Positions 29,076 to 39,890 of a DNA stretch of 64,000 nt are shown here, piece after piece; the stretch's first letter is position 1; each line of letters opens with the position of its first letter. Source of the DNA: a bacterium. Its GTDB lineage: Bacteria; Patescibacteriota; Microgenomatia; UBA1400; PJMF01. The notes below the pieces were generated by a model. It did not search any database, was not told the DNA's origin, and saw nothing but the letters and a program-made list of their open reading frames with translations. The stretch is taken from positions 3,017 to 67,016 of the forward strand of contig OMJP01000025.1 in assembly GCA_900299405.1 (NCBI GenBank), written 5' to 3'. The translations under genes and the position numbers were made by a program.

Positions 29076-31121
29076 CTACTCTTCATTCTTAAATACTTCG
29101 ATCAGAAAAGCAATGTGTTCGTCGGGGGTCTTGCCGATAAGCTCAAAGCCTTGGCGAATGTCTTCTCGACTGACGTTGGCAGCAAAAGACTTGTCTTTGA
29201 TTTTTTTCTTGACTGACTTGGCTTTCATGTCAGCAAAACCATTGGGCCTCATCAGCGACACCGCATGCATCAGGCCACTGAGTTCATCACAGGCAAATAG
29301 ATATTTTTCCAGTAAAGTTTCCGGCTGTTTTCCAGTTCTGTCTGGAGCATGAGCTTTAATCGCTTCAATCAGTTCCACTGGATAATCATCAGCCAGGATT
29401 TCATTGACGGCCTTGTTGGGATGTTCGTCAGGATATTTCTCCCAATCCAAATCATGCAGCAATCCCGTCTGGTACCACAATTCCTCATCCTCACCCAGTT
29501 CCCGGGCATAAGCCTCCATCGCTCTGGCAACCATCAGACAGTGATGCCGCAAAGCATCGTTGGTGACGTATTGCTCCATTAAAGAAACAGATGTTTTTCT
29601 TTCTGGTAAATCCTGGGAGGTTTCTAGTTTGTCAACTTTTTTTTTAGTTTCTTCTGGCCCAATTGGCTCAACTGGGTGGAGTGGCCTCAGGGTTGGGAAA
29701 GGAATTACTTCTTTGATGCTCCAGGTGTTGGTCAAAAACATTACTAAGCGATCAATGCCAATACCAATTCCGCCCAGAGGGGGCATGCCATACTCCATCG
29801 CTTCCAAGAAATCTTCGTCCAAAGGATGGGCTTCTTCGTCACCAGCCCTCATGCGTTTTTGTTCATTTTCGAAAATATTGCGCTGATCAACTGGATCAAC
29901 AATCTCACTCCAGCCATCTGCCAATTCTTTACCGCCAATGTATCCCTCAAATCTTTCCGCTAAATCAGGATTCAAGCGATGTTCTTTGGAAAGCGGACTA
30001 ACGTCACGAGGATAATCAATGATCCAAATAGGATCTATCAATGATTTTGTAACTAATTTATCAAAAAGTTGAAACTGAGCCTTTCCTCTGGTAAATTCGC
30101 CCATTAGCTCAATGCTGTGTTTTTCCAACAAAGATTTAATTTCATCATCTTTGAGATTTTCAAAATCAATGTCCACATATTTTTTTAAAGCTTCAATCAT
30201 GGTAATTCTGGGCCATTTATTACCAATATCCACAGTGCTCTCGCCAACTTTCAATTCTGTGCCGCCATGGAGTTTTTCCACCAAGTGTTTGATCAAGCCC
30301 TCGGTAACATCCATCATTCGATGATAATCAGCATAAGCCTCATACCACTCGATCATTGTAAATTCTGGCTGATGGGTTTGATCAATACCCTCATTTCTGA
30401 AATTTCTAGCAATTTCAAATATTTTTTCGTATCCGCCGACGATTAATCTTTTCAAATAAAGCTCTGGGGCAATTCTCAGGTAATAATAAGTGCTCAAGGC
30501 ATTCATGTAGGTTGTAAATGGAGTAGCATTAGTGCCGCCATACAAAGGTTGGAACACAGGAGTTTCTACCTCCACAAATTCATGCTCATCTTGCAAATAT
30601 CTTCTAATTTCTTTTTCAATCAGCCAACGAGCGTCCAGAGTTTTTTTGACGTCTTCATTGATCAAAATATCCAGATAGCGTTTTCTAAAACGAGCCTCTT
30701 TGTCCTCGGCCATGTTCCATTCTGACGGCAGCGGACGAAGAGCCTTACCCAGAAAAGTGAATTTCGTGGCTAAAATCGATAACTCACCAGTGCGTGTGGT
30801 AGCAACCTTTCCCTCAACTCCCAAATAGTCTCCCGGATCAACCAAGTTTAAAGTTTTGAATTGCTCATCACCCAATTCTTGAGCTCTCAACATCACTTGG
30901 ATAGTGTCCGTAGAATCTCTAAGGTCGGCAAAAATTACCTTGCCATGCTCGCGAATCGCCATCACTCTGCCAGCGGTTCTTACTTCTTTGCCCTCAGACT
31001 GTCTAGCCTGGGAAACCGTGTGTGTTTTATCAAAAGAATAGGGATGAGGATTAATTCCTTGATCTTCTAGTGATTTTCTTTTATCAATTTTTGCTTGAAT
31101 TGTTTCGTCAATTCTCGACAT
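29076..31121 (-). CDS. lysS: Lysine--tRNA ligase (class II) with C-terminal HD-domain fusion
   Basis: LRIAPELYLKRL, RNFRNEGID, YGMPPLGGIGIGIDRL; C-term HCLMVA...GLLHDLDWE...ACDELSG. Confidence 0.94.
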   Translation of the reverse strand: MSRIDETIQAKIDKRKSLEDQGINPHPYSFDKTHTVSQARQSEGKEVRTAGRVMAIREHGKVIFADLRDSTDTIQVMLRAQELGDEQFKTLNLVDPGDYLGVEGKVATTRTGELSILATKFTFLGKALRPLPSEWNMAEDKEARFRKRYLDILINEDVKKTLDARWLIEKEIRRYLQDEHEFVEVETPVFQPLYGGTNATPFTTYMNALSTYYYLRIAPELYLKRLIVGGYEKIFEIARNFRNEGIDQTHQPEFTMIEWYEAYADYHRMMDVTEGLIKHLVEKLHGGTELKVGESTVDIGNKWPRITMIEALKKYVDIDFENLKDDEIKSLLEKHSIELMGEFTRGKAQFQLFDKLVTKSLIDPIWIIDYPRDVSPLSKEHRLNPDLAERFEGYIGGKELADGWSEIVDPVDQRNIFENEQKRMRAGDEEAHPLDEDFLEAMEYGMPPLGGIGIGIDRLVMFLTNTWSIKEVIPFPTLRPLHPVEPIGPEETKKKVDKLETSQDLPERKTSVSLMEQYVTNDALRHHCLMVARAMEAYARELGEDEELWYQTGLLHDLDWEKYPDEHPNKAVNEILADDYPVELIEAIKAHAPDRTGKQPETLLEKYLFACDELSGLMHAVSLMRPNGFADMKAKSVKKKIKDKSFAANVSREDIRQGFELIGKTPDEHIAFLIEVFKNEE

Positions 31122-31156
31122 AATTTCTTTCTGTTTTACAAATATTCATTATAACC

Positions 31157-31181
31157 AAAAAAACCCCGCCTTGTGGCGGGG
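31157..31181 (-). terminator. Intrinsic terminator after greA
   Basis: CCCCGCC-4nt-GGCGGGG hairpin plus T7 on minus strand. Confidence 0.85.
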
Positions 31182-31203
31182 ATCTTGTTTCTAGTTTGTT
31201 TTG

Positions 31204-31677
31204 TTATTTAATGTTTTTGACTACGTAAACTACTTCGCCCGCCGGGGCTTTGACTGTGGCTTCATCGCCCTTTTTCTTGCCGAGCAAGGACTTGCCGATT
31301 GGTGACACGGAGGAAATCTTGTTTTCCTCTGGATCAGCCTCGAACTCGCCAACCATTTCGTAGGTAAAAGTCTTGCTTGATTTGCCTTTGATATAAACCT
31401 CTACTTGAGAGCCGATGCCAACAGTGGTGTGACCTTTGGTGTTTTTGACCACGGTCGAGTTTGCCAAAATATCTTCGATCTCGCTGATTCTGGTCTCGGT
31501 GAAGTTTTGCTCTTCTTTGGCGCTGTGATAGTCAGCATTCTCTGATAAATCACCCTGCTCACGAGCATTAGCCACCCGATCAATAATCTGGGGAAGCTTT
31601 TCCTCCTTGAGTTGCCTGAGCTCTTCTTTGAGTTCTTCCAAGCCTTCTTTGGTTAGTTGTGCTTTGTCTGAGGTCAT
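31204..31677 (-). CDS. greA: Transcription elongation factor GreA
   Basis: AREQGDLSENADYHSAK, ISSVSPIGKSLLGK. Confidence 0.96.
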   Translation of the reverse strand: MTSDKAQLTKEGLEELKEELRQLKEEKLPQIIDRVANAREQGDLSENADYHSAKEEQNFTETRISEIEDILANSTVVKNTKGHTTVGIGSQVEVYIKGKSSKTFTYEMVGEFEADPEENKISSVSPIGKSLLGKKKGDEATVKAPAGEVVYVVKNIK

Positions 31678-31740
31678 AATGGAGTTAGTATAGAGAATTT
31701 TTATAGATAGGCAAGTGCAATCTCTGTCGGGAAAATAGCG

Positions 31741-32160
31741 CTAAATCTTGCTTTTCCTGGTTTTCTGAGCGACTTTGACCTCCATCATTGCTTGACGCAG
31801 AGAGGCCTCGGCCATCATCAATTCACGCTGATCTTGAGTCTTTTCCATAGTCTCTTTGGCTGCTTTGACAGCATCCTGAGCTTTTTCCAAGCTAATATCA
31901 CGATCCAAAATGCCGTTGTCGACCATTACCGTCACCTCTCCAGAGGGAGCGACATTCACAAAGCCATCTGAGACCACTAGTGAGGCCTCGGCATCTGGAG
32001 TACGATAAATGAGCTGACCAGTTTTTACTTGAGAAAAAAGGGGAATGTGCTCCGCCAAAACCGTGATTTCACCCTCAGAGGTAGGCACTGACACCGAAAC
32101 TACGTCTTCGGTAATCAAGACTTTCTCTTGAGAGACAATATGCAGCGGAAAAGTCTTCAT
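31741..32160 (-). CDS. atpC: ATP synthase epsilon
   Basis: VPTSEGEITVLAEHIPL; operon position. Confidence 0.92.
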   Translation of the reverse strand: MKTFPLHIVSQEKVLITEDVVSVSVPTSEGEITVLAEHIPLFSQVKTGQLIYRTPDAEASLVVSDGFVNVAPSGEVTVMVDNGILDRDISLEKAQDAVKAAKETMEKTQDQRELMMAEASLRQAMMEVKVAQKTRKSKI

Positions 32161-32162
32161 AG

Positions 32163-33575
<1,413 letters not shown>

Positions 33576-34448
33576 TTAATTCAATGCCATCGTGGCAGAA
33601 ATAATATCTAACAATTCTCCAGTGACGTTTTGCTGTCTGGTCTTGTTGTAGATCAGTCGCAACTCATCCATCAGTTCGGCAGCGTTCTCACTAGCGTTCT
33701 TCATCGCTACCATTCGGGCACTGTGCTCACTAGCTTTGGCCTCCAAAAAAGAATGGTAGAGAGTGTTTTCCAAGTAAAAAGGCAGTAAGTGGGCCAAGAT
33801 TTCTTTGGGGTTAGGCTCGAAAACATATTCCTTGGGCTCTTCATCACTGTCTTTTTCCTCGACTACATCTGGTTTAAAGATTTTTGATAGAGGAAGTAGA
33901 CCGGCCACTTTGGGTTTCTGGGAGAGAGTGTTGATAAAGTCGGTATAGATCACATCAACTGAGCTAAAGCGTCGTTCTACAAATCCTTGCAGTACTAGGC
34001 TCACCACAGCAATCACATCCTGAAAGCGCAAGTGCTCTGGCAGATCGGTGAACTGAGCGTGAACAGTCATACCCACTGATCTGGTAAATAAAACTGCTTT
34101 TTTGCCGACTGCGACTACTTCACCATTACGGTGTTGTTTTTTCCAAGCATTGAGCTCTTTTGCCAGGTTGGCATTCAGAGCGCCGCACAAGCCCTTGTCT
34201 GTGCCGATCACTACCACCAAAGGAATGCCTTCTTCGTGGGTAGAGAGTAGGGGATGCTCGTTTAGTTTGGCGGCTTGAGAAATCGTGGTAATGGAATCAT
34301 AAAGAGCTTGAGAATAAGGACGAGCGGCCAAAGCCTGATCTTGGGCTTTTTTCATCTTGCTGGCAGCCACCATCTCCATCGCTTTGGTGATCTTGGAAAT
34401 GTTTTGAGCTGCTCCAATGCGGCGTTTGACTTGTCTCTCGTTTGCCAT
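33576..34448 (-). CDS. atpG: ATP synthase gamma
   Basis: KITKAMEMVAASK, DKGLCG, SEHSARMVAMKNA. Confidence 0.96.
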   Translation of the reverse strand: MANERQVKRRIGAAQNISKITKAMEMVAASKMKKAQDQALAARPYSQALYDSITTISQAAKLNEHPLLSTHEEGIPLVVVIGTDKGLCGALNANLAKELNAWKKQHRNGEVVAVGKKAVLFTRSVGMTVHAQFTDLPEHLRFQDVIAVVSLVLQGFVERRFSSVDVIYTDFINTLSQKPKVAGLLPLSKIFKPDVVEEKDSDEEPKEYVFEPNPKEILAHLLPFYLENTLYHSFLEAKASEHSARMVAMKNASENAAELMDELRLIYNKTRQQNVTGELLDIISATMALN

Positions 34449-34450
34449 GA

Positions 34451-36049
34451 TTATTCTTCGGTTTCTTCCTTGACCATCATCATCTCGGGATGGAGGTCAT
34501 TAAATTTGCTGACTGCTTGTTTCAGTTTCTCGACCAACTCATCGCTAAGTTTCTTTTCCTGGGCAATTTCGTCCAACAAAGCTTGATTATTGGTGTGCAT
34601 GTAGTCCAAATAAGCTTTTTCCCAATCTCTGATCACGTCTTCTTTGGCTTCATCCAAATATCCATTTACAGCAGCAAAAATCACTACCACTTGCTCCTGC
34701 ATGCTGAGCGGCTTGTCCCAGCCCTGCTTCAAAACTGCATTCACTCGAGTACCACGGTCTAGAGTTCTCTTGGTACGCTCATCCAGATCAGAGCTGAATT
34801 GGGCAAAAGCCTGTAGCTCTCTGAACTGAGCCAAGTCGAGCTTCATCGTACCAGCCACTTGCTTCATGGCTTTTACTTGAGCAGCGCTGCCCACACGAGA
34901 TACTGACTGACCGACACTGATAGCGGGTTTCATACCAGCATTGAAGAGGTCTGTTTCCAAATAAATCTGACCATCGGTGATCGAGATCACGTTGGTAGGA
35001 ATGTAAGCAGAAATGTCATTGGCTTGAGTTTCGATGATGGGTAGAGCCGTAATCGAACCACCACCATGATTTTTGTTCAAGCGACAAGCTCTTTCCAGCA
35101 AACGAGAATGAAGATAGAAAACATCTCCTGGATAAGCCTCACGACCGCTGGGACGACGAAGTAGCAAAGAAATTTCCCGATACGCTTGGGCGTGTTTGGA
35201 AAGATCATCGTAAATAATCAATACATCTCGGCCTTTGGCCAAAAAGTACTCAGCGATTGCCAAACCAGTGTAAGGAGCCAAAAACTGCTCGGCAGCACTG
35301 TCTGAAGCGGTGGCCGAGACGATAATACTGTAATCCATGGCCTGATGTTCTTCCAGAATCTGCATGGTTTGGGCCACCGAAGCTCTTTTCTGACCTACGG
35401 CGACATAAACACAAATTACATCCTGGTCATCCTGATTGAGAATAGTTCCCAAGCCAATCGCGGTTTTACCAATCGAGCGGTCACCGATGATCAGCTCACG
35501 CTGTCCACGACCAATAGGAATCATGGCGTCGATTGCTTTGATTCCAGTTTGCAAAGGCTCAGAAACCGATTGGCGAGCCATTACACCTGGGGCAACTTTT
35601 TCCAAAGGCATGTACTTGTCAGCGGCAATCGGAGCACCACCATCGATTGGTCTGCCCAAACTATCCACTACACGACCAATGACTGCATCACTGACTCCCA
35701 CAGACAAAATTCTGCCAGTACGACTGACGGTGTCACCGACCTCGATCCCCATGGGATCACCCATCACTACCACACCCACTGAGTCTTCCTCCAGATTCAG
35801 TGCCAAACCAAATTTCTTACCACTGATATCAACGATTTCTCCAGCTTGAACATCATCTAGTCCTGAGGCGCGCACCACTCCATCGGAGTAGGCCACTACC
35901 TCACCAACTGACTCGACGCCATCGGTAAGCTTGACCTTGTCTAGCAAAGAGGGAAGAGCAAAGACGTTTTTTGCGGCCCGGGGTTTACGGGCAGCAGCCT
36001 TCTTTGTAGTTGTTTTGGTTTTTTTCGTGGTAGTTTTTTTCCTAGGCAT
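34451..36049 (-). CDS. atpA: ATP synthase alpha with basic N-terminal extension
   Basis: [28 protein letters not shown]; SD GGAG before ATG 36049. Confidence 0.97.
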   Translation of the reverse strand: MPRKKTTTKKTKTTTKKAAARKPRAAKNVFALPSLLDKVKLTDGVESVGEVVAYSDGVVRASGLDDVQAGEIVDISGKKFGLALNLEEDSVGVVVMGDPMGIEVGDTVSRTGRILSVGVSDAVIGRVVDSLGRPIDGGAPIAADKYMPLEKVAPGVMARQSVSEPLQTGIKAIDAMIPIGRGQRELIIGDRSIGKTAIGLGTILNQDDQDVICVYVAVGQKRASVAQTMQILEEHQAMDYSIIVSATASDSAAEQFLAPYTGLAIAEYFLAKGRDVLIIYDDLSKHAQAYREISLLLRRPSGREAYPGDVFYLHSRLLERACRLNKNHGGGSITALPIIETQANDISAYIPTNVISITDGQIYLETDLFNAGMKPAISVGQSVSRVGSAAQVKAMKQVAGTMKLDLAQFRELQAFAQFSSDLDERTKRTLDRGTRVNAVLKQGWDKPLSMQEQVVVIFAAVNGYLDEAKEDVIRDWEKAYLDYMHTNNQALLDEIAQEKKLSDELVEKLKQAVSKFNDLHPEMMMVKEETEE

Positions 36050-36063
36050 AAATCTCCATCCGT

Positions 36064-36285
36064 TTATAGTTGTGCCAACAGTTGCTCTTTCACTTGAGCC
36101 AGTCTGCCTGCCACGGTCATATCAATTGCTTTAGAACCAACGATCACTTTGACGCCGCCGATCATGGCTTCATTAACCTGAGCATCCAGCTCGATCTCAC
36201 CATATTTTTTGGTGGCCGCTTTCTTGAAAGCCGCCAAAGTTTTTGGCTCGATCTTGCTAGCTGAAATAAGCGTAATTTTTTTCAT
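36064..36285 (-). CDS. atpH: ATP synthase delta, short form (C-terminal domain only)
   Basis: 73 aa, [18 protein letters not shown]; position between atpF and atpA. Confidence 0.8.
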   Translation of the reverse strand: MKKITLISASKIEPKTLAAFKKAATKKYGEIELDAQVNEAMIGGVKVIVGSKAIDMTVAGRLAQVKEQLLAQL

Positions 36286-36289
36286 GTAA

Positions 36290-36775
36290 TTACATCTGTT
36301 TCAAAGCTTCGTCTAAACCCTTGCCAATTAGTTTTTGATCAGCGGTTTTGTTGAGTTTTTTGCCCAACACCATGCCGCTAACCTCAACCACTGCCTCGAC
36401 CATTTGTTTCTGGGAGTCAGCTAGCAATTGCTTTCTCTCTGCTTGCCAGTTTTCCTGAGCCTTTTTCAGCTCTGCCTGCAAGCTAGATTTAGCTTCAGCA
36501 ACTAATTTTTGTTTCTTTTTAATCGCTTCTTTGTTGGCCTCTTCCAAGATTTGAGCGGCTTCTTTTTCTGCAGCTCGCTTGGTTTTGGTCTTCAAAGCCT
36601 CGATTTGTTCTTTTTCGGTGGCAATTTTGTCTACCTCTGCCTGACTCTCAGCCACTTTTTCTGCACGTTCATCCAGAATTTTTTGGACTGGTTTGTAAAG
36701 CAGGTAGACCAATGCGCCCAGCACCACTGAGAAGTTCACCAATTGAAAGAGAATTTGTGGTAACTGAATATCCAT
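36290..36775 (-). CDS. atpF: ATP synthase subunit b
   Basis: FQLVNF..LYKPVQKILDER, coiled coil. Confidence 0.92.
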   Translation of the reverse strand: MDIQLPQILFQLVNFSVVLGALVYLLYKPVQKILDERAEKVAESQAEVDKIATEKEQIEALKTKTKRAAEKEAAQILEEANKEAIKKKQKLVAEAKSSLQAELKKAQENWQAERKQLLADSQKQMVEAVVEVSGMVLGKKLNKTADQKLIGKGLDEALKQM

Positions 36776-36787
36776 AATGCCTCCTTT

Positions 36788-37021
<234 letters not shown>

Positions 37022-37033
37022 TTAATTATTACT

Positions 37034-37061
37034 TTTACTATTAACTCTTAACTATTAACTA
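37034..37061. repeat. Heptamer tandem repeat between atpB and atpE
   Basis: TTTACTA TTAACTC TTAACTA TTAACTA. Confidence 0.55.
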
Positions 37062-37063
37062 AT

Positions 37064-37978
37064 CTAATGATCATCATGACTGACGGTAGCGACGTTGTAG
37101 AACACTACTGACAGCAACGAAAATACTAGGGCCTGAATGAAGCCGACGAAAATCTCCAAGCCGTAGAAGGGCATCGGCACCAACAAAGGCAACAAAGCAC
37201 CAATCACGACTAGCAGCACCTCTCCAGCAAAAATATTACCAAAGAGACGGAAAGAGAACGAGACTACTTTGGCGATTTCGGAAATGGTTTCCAACACCGA
37301 GACAAAGAATAGAATCGGGTTTTTGAAGTTGAGGAATTTTTTAAAGTAAGCCAAACCTAGATATTTAATGCCGACAAACTGCACCATACCCATAGTAAAC
37401 AGGGAAAGAGCCAAGGTGGTATTTAGATCAGCGGTACCAGCGCGCAAGTAGGGGACAAAGACTTCGTGAGCCTCGCCATGCTCTTCAGCTAGCGCTGCGT
37501 CTTCGACATGAGTTTCGCCATCTTCGACTACCAGAACATCTTGGTGATCATCAGCAGGAGTGGCGGCTTGAACAGAACTCACAGTATCGATTTCTTTTTG
37601 TAGTAAAACTGCGTGTTCAGTGCCGCCCACAGTTTCTTTAAAACCAATAGTGCCCACGCCGGGCAGCAAGCCAAACCAGTTGTTCATCATGATGAACAAA
37701 AAGAAAGCCATGAAATAAGGCAGAAAAAAACGGGTCTTTTTGTGATTACCCGTTATTCCTTGCACCAGTTCGTAAAATCCTTGAACGATGAATTCTGCTA
37801 AGTTTTGCAGACCCTTGGGCTTCTTGCTCTTGGGGTTGAGGCTGCGATTGACGGCAAAAAAGAAACCAATCATCAAAGCACTGACAATCAGACTGGTGAA
37901 AATTGAGTTCGAGATGTTCAACGGTCCTAAAGAGGCGATTTTTTCCGCTGAGATAGAAATATGTAGTTCTGCAGCCAT
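37064..37978 (-). CDS. atpB: ATP synthase subunit a
   Basis: TADLNTTLAL, SFRLFGNIFAGE, IQALVFSLL. Confidence 0.95.
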   Translation of the reverse strand: MAAELHISISAEKIASLGPLNISNSIFTSLIVSALMIGFFFAVNRSLNPKSKKPKGLQNLAEFIVQGFYELVQGITGNHKKTRFFLPYFMAFFLFIMMNNWFGLLPGVGTIGFKETVGGTEHAVLLQKEIDTVSSVQAATPADDHQDVLVVEDGETHVEDAALAEEHGEAHEVFVPYLRAGTADLNTTLALSLFTMGMVQFVGIKYLGLAYFKKFLNFKNPILFFVSVLETISEIAKVVSFSFRLFGNIFAGEVLLVVIGALLPLLVPMPFYGLEIFVGFIQALVFSLLSVVFYNVATVSHDDH

Positions 37979-38092
37979 GGGCGGTTTTGCTGTTAGTTAA
38001 TCTATTAATTCCTGCCTAAAATTAAAAATAAAAACAGAAAGACAGGGTCGATTATACCTTGCATCTTGAGAAGCGCAAGAGAAGTTTTCGAC

Positions 38093-39799
38093 CTATTCTG
38101 CCAATACTATTACTATATCATACTCTTCTGCCGCCACCTCAACAGCCTTGTCCTCCGAGTACACCAGATCTAAACCTGAGTCCTCGCTCAGCAGATCAAT
38201 CAATCCCTGATCTTCTTCTGCCATTAAAATATAATTGCCTTCCTCGTAGTCTCCGCGGGCGTTGGCCGCATCAACTGATTCAAAACCAGCCTCTTCCAAA
38301 GCATCAGCGATCTCGCCGGCATAGCCAGCTTGGGTGGTAGCGTTGACTACCAAGACGCTGTATTCAGCTCGTTCGATCACTGGAGTTGGGGTCGGTGTGG
38401 GGGTAGCTTCTGGGGTGGGCGTGACCTCTGCGGTCTGTTCCACTGGGGCTTCATCGCCGGACTGGGTGAAACTCAATAATCCTAAGCCAATGCCCAAGCC
38501 AATGCCAACGGTCACAAAGAAACTAACTAAACCGATGAAGATCATACGTACCATGCTGTTGGTGCCAGCATCGTTTTTGATGACTTTTTTGGCTGGTTGG
38601 ACGGGAGTAGTTTCTGGGGTTTCCATTGTTTCCTCCTTTGCTGGTTCTTTATCCGCCGTGGCGGATTTTTTGACTGCTGGAGCTGCTGGCGCTGGTGCTG
38701 GCTCTTCCTCTACTGCTTTTTCCTGATCGGAAAACTGACTGAGGTCTACTTCTTCTGGCTCAGAGACTTCGGCTGCTGCAGCTGGCGCTGCTGTCTCGGG
38801 CACGTCGGCGAATTGTAGTTCTTGTTCTGCAGATTCTTCGGCTTCACCGCCCACTTCTGTTGGGGTGGGGAGCTCTGCTTCGTTGGTGGCTGATTGTTCT
38901 TCTTTTGCCATGGTTTCCTTTGCTGGCGCAGGCGCGGCGGTTGCTGGCGCTGCTGCTGCCTTACCTATAGTAAACACTGGAATTGTGTAATCTGCAACTG
39001 ATACAGTCTTCGCGCCTGCTTCGATCGCTTGTTTTACGTATGAGGGCATTTCTGATTCTTCACCGTCATCTGCGAGCTGCTGCAGTGGCAGGGTTTCTTT
39101 CAGCCCATCTTTGAGCTTTTCTTCCACCACGGCGTTGGACAGCAGATACAAAGTCTGGATGCTGGGCTCGGCGCCTTTCAGGGTTTTGATGGTCTCTACC
39201 AATTTCTCGGCATCTTCTAGCTCGGCATTGATGGCTTGATCCACACCGATGTAGTGTTGAGCCAAATACAGATGAGCGCCTAGCTGCACTACGCTGATCG
39301 ATGGTTCGAGCGAGATCAAAGATTTCAGAGTCCAGCTAAGGGGATAAACGCTGTTTACGGTTGGGCCACCAGCTTTAAAATGCTTAGTCAAAGGTTCCAG
39401 CAAACTCTTTTCCAAGGCGGACAACTGGGCTTTGGCTGAGCCTTTCAGCTCGGTCAGCACAAAAGCTTCGATGTCATGGCTTTCAACAGAAATGCCCAAA
39501 CTTGGCACTAGTTCGTCCATCACATACTTGCTCACGGCTTCTTCGCCGGTCTGATCAACATTCACCACTGTATTGGTAAATAAGAAATCAGGTAAAACTA
39601 ATTCATATTCTTTTGCTTGAATACGACCAGAAAGCTTTTTAACACTCTCTTCTAAAATTTCATTATCATTCATGAAATTACCATCAACTTGAAGATAGTC
39701 GCTAATCTTAAAAACTTCTGAATCTTTAGCTTTAACTAACTCAACTATATATGCCACGTCTGGCAATAGATAAATAAAATTCTTAGAGGTGTCTGCCAT
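38093..39799 (-). CDS. Membrane-anchored protein with cytoplasmic N-terminal domain, acidic linker, TM and LytR C-terminal domain
   Basis: C-term VLVVNATTQAGYAG...YDIVIVLA LytR_C pattern; PTPTP linker. Confidence 0.7.
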   Translation of the reverse strand: MADTSKNFIYLLPDVAYIVELVKAKDSEVFKISDYLQVDGNFMNDNEILEESVKKLSGRIQAKEYELVLPDFLFTNTVVNVDQTGEEAVSKYVMDELVPSLGISVESHDIEAFVLTELKGSAKAQLSALEKSLLEPLTKHFKAGGPTVNSVYPLSWTLKSLISLEPSISVVQLGAHLYLAQHYIGVDQAINAELEDAEKLVETIKTLKGAEPSIQTLYLLSNAVVEEKLKDGLKETLPLQQLADDGEESEMPSYVKQAIEAGAKTVSVADYTIPVFTIGKAAAAPATAAPAPAKETMAKEEQSATNEAELPTPTEVGGEAEESAEQELQFADVPETAAPAAAAEVSEPEEVDLSQFSDQEKAVEEEPAPAPAAPAVKKSATADKEPAKEETMETPETTPVQPAKKVIKNDAGTNSMVRMIFIGLVSFFVTVGIGLGIGLGLLSFTQSGDEAPVEQTAEVTPTPEATPTPTPTPVIERAEYSVLVVNATTQAGYAGEIADALEEAGFESVDAANARGDYEEGNYILMAEEDQGLIDLLSEDSGLDLVYSEDKAVEVAAEEYDIVIVLAE

Positions 39800-39890
39800 A
39801 ATAAGAGATCCTTACAAGACTAATAATCGAAAATTGTCTTGATCTATTATGGAGGAAAAAGACTTGAGAATCAACGGGCGACTAAATAAC

